64,000 nucleotides of DNA from a virus (IMGVR_UViG_3300003323_000621:8153-72152); one strand, 5' to 3'. Positions 18,085-27,444 are shown, numbered from the stretch's first letter. A program made the numbers and translations. The notes: generated from the sequence alone by a model not told the origin.

Positions 18085-20215
18085 ACAAATTTAGTTGAGT
18101 AATTTTAGGAGATATTACATTAATTATTTTATTACACTCATTAATATAAAATTTATAGTTTACATCATTATTTCCCAGGAATTCTCTTGATCTGTCTCTG
18201 TCTTGTTCTCTATTATCCACCAATAACCTGGCAGTTTGTTTTCCTGTTCCTTCAGTTTGTAAAATTTTATCAAATTTACTATGGAGTCTATTTGTACTAC
18301 ATTTTCCTTCAGTCTTTGTGTTGGAATTTCCAGATGTTTTGTGTCTGTTATATTCAGACACCAAATATCCTTTATTGATGATGGAGATTCTACCATCATT
18401 ATAATGTTTTGTAAAAACTCCCCCAGTATTTGATACATAATACCTGGTAGTTTTTTGCTGATCAACCTTGAATGTTCTCCATACAGAGTTTTCATCACTC
18501 TCAGGTAATGAATATGTGATAATACCCTTTGAATCACTTTTGAACTTACCTCTACCTGCATAGTCAAGGATATTTGTTGATTCTTTTGTGGGAATTCCAT
18601 CTTTCCATTTGGTATACTCATTTCCAATATTTTTAATTGTTTCTTCTATAGGTTTTCCATATAAGTAATACTCTGATAAAGCAATAGGAATTATTGGAAA
18701 ACTAGGATCTTTATGGTATTCCTTAACTATTTCAAATACTCCTTTATATTTTACATCAGACATATTTTTATAGATTCCTATATAATTATTTATATCTCTA
18801 ATAACTAATTTATCATATTCTGTAAAATCTAAATCAAATTTAGTTTCATTCATCCATTGTTTACATATTTCATCATATATATGAACTTTATCTCTTGGTA
18901 CTAAGATTTCAGACCCATCAGTATTATTCATTAATACTGTAAATCCAGCATCTTGTAATCTTTCAGATAACATTGCTAACATTAATTGACCATTAACTGT
19001 TACATTAATAGTAAATTTTGGATCATAAAAGAAACTATCTATTTCATTTGATTTACCATAAGGAATATTTAATCCATACTTTAAACCTTCATTAACAGAT
19101 TTAGATTTAAAATCTAATTTGTCTAGTTTATACTTCTTTTTAGCAGCATTTCTAGCATTAAATATCTCATCATAGATTTCAACAAATTCTTCTCCCAAAT
19201 GTTCAGGATAAAACATATTGTTAATTGCTGTTCTGGGATACATAGAAGTTATATCATGTGATTTGATAACATAATCTTTATCACTCACATATACTCCTTC
19301 TTTATAACAAGAATGTAATCCTCCCAAACCAAAATCATAATTTAGTCCTTTATAGTTTATAGAAAATTCTAATGTTTTTTTAAGTTTAAGTCCTCCCTTC
19401 TCATCTTTCTCTGTTAAAATAGTATTTCTAAATCTATCTAGTGCATTATTTAATTCTTTACTTTTAAATTTGATTATAGGTAATATACAATCTTTTATAT
19501 TTATCTTACTCCTAAATGTTCTCATACTTCTAATAACATCTGGAGGAAGATCTTTCTTTTCAGAAAGAATTTTGAGAAAAATATTAGATCCTATTTTACC
19601 ATCATTTGCATTAATTAGATTTATTCCATATATCTTACTTAATTCTGTTCTTAGATCTATTTTTTCTCTACTTAATTTATAAAATTCTAAAGTAGATAAT
19701 ACATCATTCATACAATAATCTAAAATCATAGGAATTTGATCTTCATTTACATAAGAATTATGATGTATAGGCATATCCTGTACATTATGCCATCTCATAG
19801 CAATCTGTAAATCTTTTAACCTGGTTGATTTAGCTTTATTATCAAAATGCCATATTCTAAATAAATCTAATTGACTTATCTTAAAATTTCTTTCAGTATA
19901 CTTTCTCTTAATAGTTTCATTTATTATTCCATTAGAATACTCACTTAATTTTTCACATAATAAATCTGTAGATACATATTGTTTTAATATATGATAGTTC
20001 TCTATAATATAATGTATTAATTGACTATCATAATTTAAATTATTAAATCCAACTTGTTTTATTTTGGTATTTAAATAGTTATAAAGGTCATCTAATTGAT
20101 TTAAAGATTTATGTATTATAAATATATGTGTTTCAAGAGTATCTCTATCTATGTCACAATAACAAAAGAAATTTTTTATGCATTCAATATCATATACAAC
20201 TATTCTTGACTTCAT
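18065..20215 (-). CDS. family B DNA polymerase with 3'-5' exonuclease domain
   Basis: Exo I VVYDIE, Exo II FNNLNYDSQLI, Exo III YCMNDVLST; pol motif A HDITSMYPRTAI (DxxSLYPS), motif B KYGLNIPYGKSNE (KxxxNSxYG), motif C-like LMNNTDGSEI (cf. YGDTDS). Confidence 0.75.
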   Translation of the reverse strand: MKSRIVVYDIECIKNFFCYCDIDRDTLETHIFIIHKSLNQLDDLYNYLNTKIKQVGFNNLNYDSQLIHYIIENYHILKQYVSTDLLCEKLSEYSNGIINETIKRKYTERNFKISQLDLFRIWHFDNKAKSTRLKDLQIAMRWHNVQDMPIHHNSYVNEDQIPMILDYCMNDVLSTLEFYKLSREKIDLRTELSKIYGINLINANDGKIGSNIFLKILSEKKDLPPDVIRSMRTFRSKINIKDCILPIIKFKSKELNNALDRFRNTILTEKDEKGGLKLKKTLEFSINYKGLNYDFGLGGLHSCYKEGVYVSDKDYVIKSHDITSMYPRTAINNMFYPEHLGEEFVEIYDEIFNARNAAKKKYKLDKLDFKSKSVNEGLKYGLNIPYGKSNEIDSFFYDPKFTINVTVNGQLMLAMLSERLQDAGFTVLMNNTDGSEILVPRDKVHIYDEICKQWMNETKFDLDFTEYDKLVIRDINNYIGIYKNMSDVKYKGVFEIVKEYHKDPSFPIIPIALSEYYLYGKPIEETIKNIGNEYTKWKDGIPTKESTNILDYAGRGKFKSDSKGIITYSLPESDENSVWRTFKVDQQKTTRYYVSNTGGVFTKHYNDGRISIINKGYLVSEYNRHKTSGNSNTKTEGKCSTNRLHSKFDKILQTEGTGKQTARLLVDNREQDRDRSREFLGNNDVNYKFYINECNKIINVISPKITQLNLFEYGYG

Positions 20216-20236
20216 TTAACAAATATACTGAAAAAT

Positions 20237-20611
20237 TTACACCAAATGAATCCTAATTGAATTTTTTTCTAAAATATCATTGAATCTATACACTATAGCC
20301 ATATTCACACATCTCTTAAGGGTATTATCAAATGATTTAGACCTAACTATTTCTAAGTACTCTTTATTTTCATAATACCAGACTAAGTGTCTTCTTGTAT
20401 ATAAATATTGTTCTATATGTTTATTTTTATCATGATTAACTAAATCTATATTTGTTTCATAGAACCATCTATCTAGAATAAACTTCTGACTTTCTATTAT
20501 TCCTTTTTTTAAAGTAGAAAGAATTGATTCATTATCATATTTTTCCTTTCTCCATAATGTAGCTATTAGTTCCATTCTTGATGCTAGAAATTTATCATTC
20601 ATACTTATCAA
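20237..20611 (-). CDS. hypothetical protein (124 aa)
   Basis: ORF track. Confidence 0.45.
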   Translation of the reverse strand: MISMNDKFLASRMELIATLWRKEKYDNESILSTLKKGIIESQKFILDRWFYETNIDLVNHDKNKHIEQYLYTRRHLVWYYENKEYLEIVRSKSFDNTLKRCVNMAIVYRFNDILEKNSIRIHLV

Positions 20612-20912
20612 TTGTAATCTTGATATTATTGATTAAAGAGGGATCTGTGCTTTTCTTTGATTTAGAGTCTATATCTGCTATTTTTCTTAATTCTAACTGA
20701 TATACTTCATCAGAATTTTCTGCTATAAGAGAAATTGTACTTTTTAATTCTAACAGTCTAAATATTAATACCATTACAGAAGCTGCAGTACTACCAGATA
20801 ATACAATTGCTTCTTCTATTTGAACAACTTTTTCTTTAGCTTTAATATCAGCATCTAATCTTGCTGCATCTACTGCAGAGATATAATCTTCATTTGTTTC
20901 CATTTTCTTCAT
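20595..20912 (-). CDS. hypothetical protein (105 aa)
   Basis: ORF track. Confidence 0.45.
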   Translation of the reverse strand: MKKMETNEDYISAVDAARLDADIKAKEKVVQIEEAIVLSGSTAASVMVLIFRLLELKSTISLIAENSDEVYQLELRKIADIDSKSKKSTDPSLINNIKITIDKYE

Positions 20913-21135
20913 TTTTAATTTGTTCTAAATAATTTTCTAATGTCTTTTTATGTTTTTCAGCTCTTTTATATTTATTTCCACTACACATTATACAACTACA
21001 AGGTTTTCCTTGGGCTTTCCAACAATATGTAAAATCTTCTGGTTTTCCATGTTTAAAATATCCATATATTTTAATTCTTCTGTACCAGTTGTTAAGTTCT
21101 TTAAGTCTTCTCCAGAGTTTATTTCTCTTATTCAT
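20890..21135 (-). CDS. small Cys-rich basic protein (81 aa), possible zinc ribbon
   Basis: CWKAQGKPCSCIMCS cluster; Lys/Arg-rich. Confidence 0.4.
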   Translation of the reverse strand: MNKRNKLWRRLKELNNWYRRIKIYGYFKHGKPEDFTYCWKAQGKPCSCIMCSGNKYKRAEKHKKTLENYLEQIKNEENGNK

Positions 21136-21800
21136 TCTTTAATTATACTAAGTGAATAATCAGAATTAATTACTAGTTTAGAATCTTTATCAATATATTC
21201 TCCCTGTTTAAGTGTTTCAGTAACATGAGATATAATATCATTTAATACAACATCAATGTTGCTATCATCAATCCTTCCAAGTGTATAATTTATAGCTACA
21301 TCTTTTAGAGTTGCATCTTGATAAATACAATATTCAAGAGCTATATCAACTACTGATGTATCAAAAGCTACTCTAATTACTTTCATATCATGAACATTTG
21401 TTCCATTATCTATAATTATGAATAATCGTGTATGTCCATTTGAAAATGTTCTTAATACTACATCTAAGTGATTAAACTTTCTTTTGATTTTATTTATTGG
21501 AAAATAATCTGAAGATCTTTCTAATTGAGCTAAAAATGAAACATGACCTTTAGATGATTTGTATGTACCATTTTTTTCATGAGTGTATTTAACTAAACCT
21601 TTTATTTCTTCTATAGATCTAACATCTGAGCTTTTTTCAAAAAACATTTCAGGATAATGTTTCTCTAAATATGGAGAATCTTTGTATAAATATATAAAAC
21701 ATCCTGGGAATTCAATTACTGTAGACTCTTCATCATCATTAATTTCAATTATTGATTCTTTTTTTAGTTGTGCAATGTCTACATTAAGTTTATATTTCAT
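21132..21800 (-). CDS. hypothetical protein (222 aa)
   Basis: ORF track. Confidence 0.5.
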   Translation of the reverse strand: MKYKLNVDIAQLKKESIIEINDDEESTVIEFPGCFIYLYKDSPYLEKHYPEMFFEKSSDVRSIEEIKGLVKYTHEKNGTYKSSKGHVSFLAQLERSSDYFPINKIKRKFNHLDVVLRTFSNGHTRLFIIIDNGTNVHDMKVIRVAFDTSVVDIALEYCIYQDATLKDVAINYTLGRIDDSNIDVVLNDIISHVTETLKQGEYIDKDSKLVINSDYSLSIIKE

Positions 21801-21895
21801 CTTCCATTTTTTATAATAATTAAAAATTGGAGTTGGGTGGGAAATATAAATTTCTTTTTACCAACTCCAACTAAATAATATTACATATTATAAGA

Positions 21896-22474
21896 TTAAC
21901 TTACAATATATTTTACACCATTAACAATTAACCAATTAATTGTTCTTGGGTCAATAGAAATGAGTCTATTGTCATTATTCTTAGTAGAATCTTTTTCTTT
22001 TTCTACATCAATGAATAAATACCTTCCAAAAGAATCTACATGATCAGAATGTTTTCCAACAGCAGTTCTTTCAACACCTTTAAGTCCTGCAGAAACAGCT
22101 TTTTTCACTGCTCTATTAAAATCATTTTTGGAAACAATTTTACCCTTATTAGGATAAAGTTCTTGTATCTGTTTAACTACATCTGCTTCTTTTACTTTAA
22201 GATTGTAGTTAACAGTCATAAGTGTTTGAGGATTATTGTTGAATTTTTCAACAATTTCTGTCCTGGAACATTCAATGGTAGTTGTGTAACTAGAAGCTGA
22301 AGATACACAATTTAATAAATTGTTACCTTCAATAGTTACTTCATTACCATCTTCATCTTCTCCTACTACAGTAGTAGAATTATTAGTAGCTACTACTTTT
22401 ATAATACTTGACAATGTGATGAAAGTTCCTGAACTTAAAAGAGCTACTTTTGCTTTTGTCTTTGTAGTTGACAT
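21896..22474 (-). CDS. hypothetical protein (192 aa)
   Basis: ORF track; preceded by an about 100 nt intergenic leader, suggesting its own promoter. Confidence 0.5.
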   Translation of the reverse strand: MSTTKTKAKVALLSSGTFITLSSIIKVVATNNSTTVVGEDEDGNEVTIEGNNLLNCVSSASSYTTTIECSRTEIVEKFNNNPQTLMTVNYNLKVKEADVVKQIQELYPNKGKIVSKNDFNRAVKKAVSAGLKGVERTAVGKHSDHVDSFGRYLFIDVEKEKDSTKNNDNRLISIDPRTINWLIVNGVKYIVS

Positions 22475-22578
22475 ATTTTGTTATTTAGATTAAATGTAAG
22501 GTAGGATTAAAATTAATTAAAGGAGGAGAGAAATCTCCTCCCTTTATACCAAAACTCTAGTTATGAAAAAAGACTCTA

Positions 22579-23169
22579 CTATTCAGGAAGTTGAGGCTCA
22601 GCTACAACACTTCCAGATCTTGCAGCTTCTGAAGCTGCTTTCATTGCTGAAATAGAAGAACTATTATCAGCAGTAGCCAAAGTATGTTGTACATACTCAT
22701 CACTAGCATCAAGGGTGATTCCCTTGGGAGGATTATTTGCATCTACAACAATTGTTTTACCATCCATAGAAATGAATGTATTTCTGTAAATAGGTTGACC
22801 ATTTACAGTCAATACTTGTTTAGTCTGAGGATTAATCTTTGGCTGAGATTGACCTACAGAACCATCAGGATTTTTCCATGTTCTAGGAAAAAGAGATTCT
22901 TTAATTACTAATCTAAGATTAGCAAGACCTGTTTTTTCTGCCAAATTACATCCAAGTGTAATTCCAAACTTTTCAATGAATTCAGTAGATACACTTTGAT
23001 AAGCTACTCTTTGTTCTACTGTAGGACTAACATTCTGAAGTCCTTGTAAAAAGAATGCTACAGGGTTAGCTTCTGCAGATTTTGTAATCTGAACTCTGAG
23101 TTCCAATTGCTTTACATTTTCATTTTTGGTATCTTTAATTGCAGATACGAGGATTGTTTGCTTTTCCAT
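22579..23169 (-). CDS. hypothetical protein (196 aa)
   Basis: ORF track; own leader region. Confidence 0.5.
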   Translation of the reverse strand: MEKQTILVSAIKDTKNENVKQLELRVQITKSAEANPVAFFLQGLQNVSPTVEQRVAYQSVSTEFIEKFGITLGCNLAEKTGLANLRLVIKESLFPRTWKNPDGSVGQSQPKINPQTKQVLTVNGQPIYRNTFISMDGKTIVVDANNPPKGITLDASDEYVQHTLATADNSSSISAMKAASEAARSGSVVAEPQLPE

Positions 23170-23301
23170 AATTTTACTTTTTAAATTTTTGAGATAATTA
23201 AAAACACTTTTAGAGAATATATAGAATACTTCCTTTGTTTAATAATACTTAGTCATATAAGACTAACATTATAATTTCATGTATTATAAACTTAGAAGTT
23301 A

Positions 23302-23748
23302 TTAAATATCAAAATTATCTGGAGAATTGTTTACTAAATCAGTATATTCAGTTACTACATCAGGCATTTCTTCTTTTAATATTTCATATACAGCTTCTAT
23401 ATCAGAAATCATATCCATTCTGATATTTAACTGCTTATCAAGCAATTTTACTGCTTTATCCCTGTAATTATCCAGAGATTCATTTAAATAACCAAGAAGT
23501 TCATCTGTTGTTTCAATAGATGATAAATCTTTATCTTTGTGTGTAAGCTTGAGAATTATAGCAATTAAAATCTGAATATGAACAGGAATTTCTTTCATTT
23601 TTCTTCCTTTAAGGTTGCTATGTATATCCTTTCTTTTCATCTCCACAAAAAGTTCCACTTTATCTATGCTCTTATCTATTTCTGCAATTTCTCTTTTCAG
23701 ATTTAGATACATAAATATAATATGCTCATTACTTAATTTTAGACCCAT
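23302..23748 (-). CDS. hypothetical protein (148 aa)
   Basis: ORF track. Confidence 0.45.
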   Translation of the reverse strand: MGLKLSNEHIIFMYLNLKREIAEIDKSIDKVELFVEMKRKDIHSNLKGRKMKEIPVHIQILIAIILKLTHKDKDLSSIETTDELLGYLNESLDNYRDKAVKLLDKQLNIRMDMISDIEAVYEILKEEMPDVVTEYTDLVNNSPDNFDI

Positions 23749-23771
23749 AACATAAAATTTAATAAAAGCTA

Positions 23772-24083
23772 CTAAGATTTACTCTTAATAGCTTTTTTGG
23801 ACTTGCTCTTATTAATCAAAAAACTTTCGATGCTTCTTGCTAATTTATAAGAATTACTTCTTATTCTATTTTTAGCAATTACAATATTTTCTCTTTCTTG
23901 TTTTCTTTTATTAGTAATTTCTTCTTGTTTTACTATTTCTTTCTTCATTTTTACAAACTCTTTGGATGGATTATATCCTATCCTATCAAAAGTTCCTTCC
24001 TTCCTTGTTGGTATTTCATAGTCTCTCAACACTTTAACAGAAAGTGTAGAATAATCTTTACTTCTACAAATTAACTCTGCCAT
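23772..24083 (-). CDS. hypothetical basic protein (103 aa)
   Basis: ORF track; Lys/Arg-rich. Confidence 0.4.
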   Translation of the reverse strand: MAELICRSKDYSTLSVKVLRDYEIPTRKEGTFDRIGYNPSKEFVKMKKEIVKQEEITNKRKQERENIVIAKNRIRSNSYKLARSIESFLINKSKSKKAIKSKS

Positions 24084-24215
24084 AAATACCTCCTATTCTT
24101 TAATAAAGAAAAAATAGCCTGAAAGTCAAATAAGGGGTGACAATCAGGCTATAGGACTATACTAGTTTTATAGTATCAGTCTCCACCATCTAGTTTTAAT
24201 AAACTAGAAAAATAT

Positions 24216-24464
24216 TTAATCTACAATGGTAATATATTCATCTACCTTTAGAAATTTTCTAATACCTTTGAATATTTCATTATAATCATCCCTTATCTTA
24301 AGTCTAAGTGAATGTTCATCTATATATCCTATGTATATTTTAGGTAAAATATTTACAGAATTAATTTTATATATATATAATCTGTCATCCACTCTTTCAG
24401 TCCATGTATCTATACCTATCTTATGTAATCTTATATTTAACCTATTATATGATATTGTGTTCAT
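24216..24464 (-). CDS. small protein, member 1 of a tandem three-gene paralogous family
   Basis: Shares NIRLHKIGIDTWT / LYIYKINSVNIL / C-terminal EYITIVD with the two upstream paralogues. Confidence 0.45.
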   Translation of the reverse strand: MNTISYNRLNIRLHKIGIDTWTERVDDRLYIYKINSVNILPKIYIGYIDEHSLRLKIRDDYNEIFKGIRKFLKVDEYITIVD

Positions 24465-24468
24465 TTTT

Positions 24469-24768
24469 TCAGTTAGTATTTTCTACAATCTCTACATATT
24501 TTTCGTATTTAATAATCTCTCTTATATATTGAAACATCATTCTAATTGCAAATGGAGGTATATACCATGCAATACAACCAGATAAAGAAACTGTATATCC
24601 ATATAATATAGGAATTCCACCATGCTCCTCTCTGATTTTTATTCCATTTATTTTTATAATGTTTATCCAATTACTATCAAGGTTATCAAAAGTAAGTTCT
24701 ATTCTTATCTTTTTCAATCTTCTATATAACTTAGTTATAAAATCAAGATGATTAGTCTCTAAACTCAT
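24469..24768 (-). CDS. small protein, member 2 of the tandem paralogous family
   Basis: YRRLKKIRIELTF / WINIIKINGIKI / C-terminal KYEKYVEIVE match the paralogue motifs. Confidence 0.45.
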   Translation of the reverse strand: MSLETNHLDFITKLYRRLKKIRIELTFDNLDSNWINIIKINGIKIREEHGGIPILYGYTVSLSGCIAWYIPPFAIRMMFQYIREIIKYEKYVEIVENTN

Positions 24769-24772
24769 AAAT

Positions 24773-25108
24773 TTATTCTTGTACTATTGTTATATAACTT
24801 TCATATTTTATTGTATCTCTAATTTTATTAAATAAAAAAGAAATTGACTTTCCACCTTTAAATATAGAAAATGCATGACACTTCTTATTTGCAGAAAAGT
24901 ATTTTATAGCCAGTGCTATTTTATATGAATCTTCATCTTTATATACTTTTATTCCATTTACTTTATAAATATAAAGTAATCTTTCACCTAGGTTACCTAC
25001 TGAACCACAGATATAAGTAAGATTTATTCCTATTTTTTTCATTCTATTATGGAATATTGTTACTTCAGAATAATCATCTGCTGGAATCTGATCTATAGTA
25101 ATTTCCAT
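24773..25108 (-). CDS. small protein, member 3 of the tandem paralogous family
   Basis: HNRMKKIGINLTY / LLYIYKVNGIKV / C-terminal KYESYITIVQE match the paralogue motifs. Confidence 0.45.
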   Translation of the reverse strand: MEITIDQIPADDYSEVTIFHNRMKKIGINLTYICGSVGNLGERLLYIYKVNGIKVYKDEDSYKIALAIKYFSANKKCHAFSIFKGGKSISFLFNKIRDTIKYESYITIVQE

Positions 25109-25121
25109 AAATTTTAATTTG

Positions 25122-25195
25122 TGACCTTGCCAGGATTCAAACCTGGGACTTACATCTTAGAAGGATGTCACTCTATTCAGCTGAGTTACAAGGCC
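25122..25195 (-). tRNA. tRNA-Arg (anticodon TCT)
   Basis: Manual cloverleaf on the minus strand: acceptor GGCCTTG/CAAGGTC (one G.U), D-stem ACTC/GAGT, anticodon stem ACATC/GATGT with loop CTTCTAA, T-arm CCAGG-TTTGAAT-CCTGG, discriminator A. Confidence 0.7.
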
Positions 25196-25218
25196 ATCCA
25201 ATATTTAATATTGGTTAA

Positions 25219-25485
25219 TTATTCAATATTACCTTCAGGATAAGCTAAAAGAATATTATTAGCAATGTAATAATTTTCAAAGTTCATTCCTCTAGCTTCT
25301 TTTTCTGCTTTTTCAAGAGCTATTTTAACATGAAGCTTAGCAAAATCTGTCATTAATTTAATAACATCATCAACTTTAATACACCCATTATTAATAAAAT
25401 TAGGATCTTTCATTGTTTCCAGGAATATAAAGGATGATGCTGTATTCTTTTTATTTAAAGTTTCTGCTGACACTTTATTTTCCAT
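25219..25485 (-). CDS. hypothetical protein (88 aa)
   Basis: ORF track. Confidence 0.4.
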   Translation of the reverse strand: MENKVSAETLNKKNTASSFIFLETMKDPNFINNGCIKVDDVIKLMTDFAKLHVKIALEKAEKEARGMNFENYYIANNILLAYPEGNIE

Positions 25486-25490
25486 AATGA

Positions 25491-25727
25491 TTATTTTTTC
25501 TTTTTCTTTGTATAACCAACAGGAGTTGGTTCAACCCTATTACAATGAAAATCACACATCTTCTTTGTTGTGCAATTTTTATCTATAGGATAAGAACAAG
25601 TAACAATAATTGGATGAGGTTGATTTGGAATAACTTTTACATAAGTACATTTGCCAGGTACAGGAGTTTGTGCATTTACAAATATAGTTGTTAATGACAA
25701 ACAAATAAGAATAAGGAACTTTTTCAT
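25491..25727 (-). CDS. small secreted Cys-rich protein with poly-Lys C-terminal tail
   Basis: N-terminal signal peptide MKKFLILICLSLTTIFVNA-Q; six Cys in the roughly 58-aa mature part; ends TKKKKK. Confidence 0.45.
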   Translation of the reverse strand: MKKFLILICLSLTTIFVNAQTPVPGKCTYVKVIPNQPHPIIVTCSYPIDKNCTTKKMCDFHCNRVEPTPVGYTKKKKK

Positions 25728-25841
25728 GTTTTTAGTTTTTATTATTAATAAATTAAAATTATAACACCTACTGGGTATGCCAACCTTACCTACAATGGTA
25801 GGCCACAGACATTTTTTAATAGCACAGTGTTATAATTTTTG

Positions 25842-25915
25842 TGGACCCTACAGGAATTGAACCTGTAACCCCTTGATTATGAGTCAAGTGCTCTAACCAA
25901 TTGAGCTAAGGGTCC
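25842..25915 (-). tRNA. tRNA-Met (anticodon CAT; elongator type, could also be a lysidine-modified Ile2)
   Basis: Manual fold on the minus strand: acceptor GGACCCT/AGGGTCC, D-stem GCTC/GAGC, anticodon stem CTTGA/TCAAG with loop CTCATAA, T-arm ACAGG-TTCAATT-CCTGT. Confidence 0.75.
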
Positions 25916-25922
25916 TTACTAT

Positions 25923-26726
25923 CTAAGTAAAGGATAGTTTTTTTTGAAAAGATATTGTTTTAACTTCTTCTGGTTTTAGATGCCCTTTAATAAAATATTG
26001 ATGTATTAAAGTATTAACAAGTCTTGCTCCTAAAGTGTTGTATTCAAATACTTCTTCTATGTATTTTTTAATTTCTATAATTGCTTTTTCTCTACTTGAT
26101 CCCTCAAATAATTTACAGTAATTTTCTAATAAAGGAGAATTATCTACTAAATCAAATAAATCTTGTAAAGAAAAAGATGATGTGTTATAGATTAATCCTA
26201 CTCTTCCTAGAAATTCTGTTTTTACTCCAAGTTCTCTGAGTCTATCTAATGTTATATTTTCTTCTCCATTAAATGCTCCTGCAAAAATAAATAAACAATT
26301 ACTTGTATTTGCTTCTACATATTTACCATAGTCACCAAAAACAGAAGAAGTATTACTTTCTAATACTTTCAAAAACTCATTTTGTACTCCTGTAGTATAC
26401 TCATGAGCAGTAGATGAATTAGAATTTCCACTTATAAATAATTTATCAAATTCATCAACAAATACAATTGTAGGCTTGCCAGCAAATCCTAATAAAGGAC
26501 TTAAAGCTTTTGATAAACTATTTCCAGAAGTTCCTTCTTTTGTAAGCTGAGCTGCATTAATTTCTAAAAATCCTACTTTAAATTCCTTAGCTAAAGAACT
26601 AATAGTATAAGATTTTCCTGAACCAGAAGGACCTGTTAAAATAAAATGAGGTCTAATCTTCATTTCTGAAGATGTAAGAATATTAATAATTCTTCTAAGT
26701 TCTTTCTGAAGGGATTCTTGTATCAT
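25923..26726 (-). CDS. ClpX/HslU-like AAA+ ATPase domain protein (no zinc-finger N-domain, truncated C-terminal region)
   Basis: Walker A ILTGPSGSGKS, Walker B IVFVDEFDKL, then CLFIFAGAFNG (cf. ClpX ILFICGGAFxG sensor-1 region). Confidence 0.55.
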   Translation of the reverse strand: MIQESLQKELRRIINILTSSEMKIRPHFILTGPSGSGKSYTISSLAKEFKVGFLEINAAQLTKEGTSGNSLSKALSPLLGFAGKPTIVFVDEFDKLFISGNSNSSTAHEYTTGVQNEFLKVLESNTSSVFGDYGKYVEANTSNCLFIFAGAFNGEENITLDRLRELGVKTEFLGRVGLIYNTSSFSLQDLFDLVDNSPLLENYCKLFEGSSREKAIIEIKKYIEEVFEYNTLGARLVNTLIHQYFIKGHLKPEEVKTISFQKKLSFT

Positions 26727-27240
26727 AATACATTTTTTATATTTCCTTTTATTTTATTTCTAATAAAAATATAATAGCACTAATATTTGAGACATATTCT
26801 TTTATCCTTTTGCACTTAGTTGTAAGATACCTTAGTAGGGAACTTATTAGGTTTCTTAAAGAGAATTACACTCTACCTTTTAGGGTCAAAATCTTACAAC
26901 CTTGTGCATCAGGAATTGATTAATATTGAATACCTGTTACTACAGTAGCATATTAATGGTGCTTAGCCCCTTTAATATATTCAACATCTGAAACCTACAA
27001 AAATCAGTTTCATAATTAATCAATATTATTGACTGTCCATATATTACCAGTATGGAATAAGAATAGTAGACTGTAAACTTGGAATGCACTCCTTATTTAT
27101 CTCACTACTGGGTCCATTCTATCAGGATATCTTATCCTTCCATAAGAACATTAGACACTGGTATGTCTCCTTTGCTTATTCCACATTAAAGGGCCAATAA
27201 GAGTGTTCTAATTTCCAGCAGTCAATAATAGATATTAAAA

Positions 27241-27432
27241 TTAAATTTTCAATTCACACTGAGGATATTTTTCTAAAGCTTCATCTACATCATCTTCATC
27301 TTTAGCACCAGCTTTTCTTAATTCCTTATATTGTTTTATTTGTGCTATAGCTATATCTCTTTGTAAGTTCATAATAATAGTATCACTTATATTTGAAATA
27401 GCACAATCTAACAGTTGTATAACACTACCCAT
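27241..27432 (-). CDS. small hypothetical protein (63 aa)
   Basis: ORF track. Confidence 0.35.
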   Translation of the reverse strand: MGSVIQLLDCAISNISDTIIMNLQRDIAIAQIKQYKELRKAGAKDEDDVDEALEKYPQCELKI

Positions 27433-27444
27433 GATTGATTTTTA

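Noticed and set aside
18160-18627. Second same-strand ORF inside the 3' part of the DNA polymerase gene (possible frameshift or split polymerase)
   Set aside because: The main polymerase frame reads continuously and protein-like through this region (…GIPTKESTNILDYAGRGKF…). The alternative frame is most simply an artefact. A programmed frameshift cannot be excluded without sequencing-depth or proteomic data.
25122-25195. Possible amber-suppressor tRNA (anticodon CTA)
   Set aside because: A first reading of the anticodon loop as TTCTAAG suggested CTA. The correct pairing is stem ACATC/GATGT, which puts U33 and A37 in place. The loop is then CTTCTAA and the anticodon TCT (Arg). No suppressor tRNA was found in the window.
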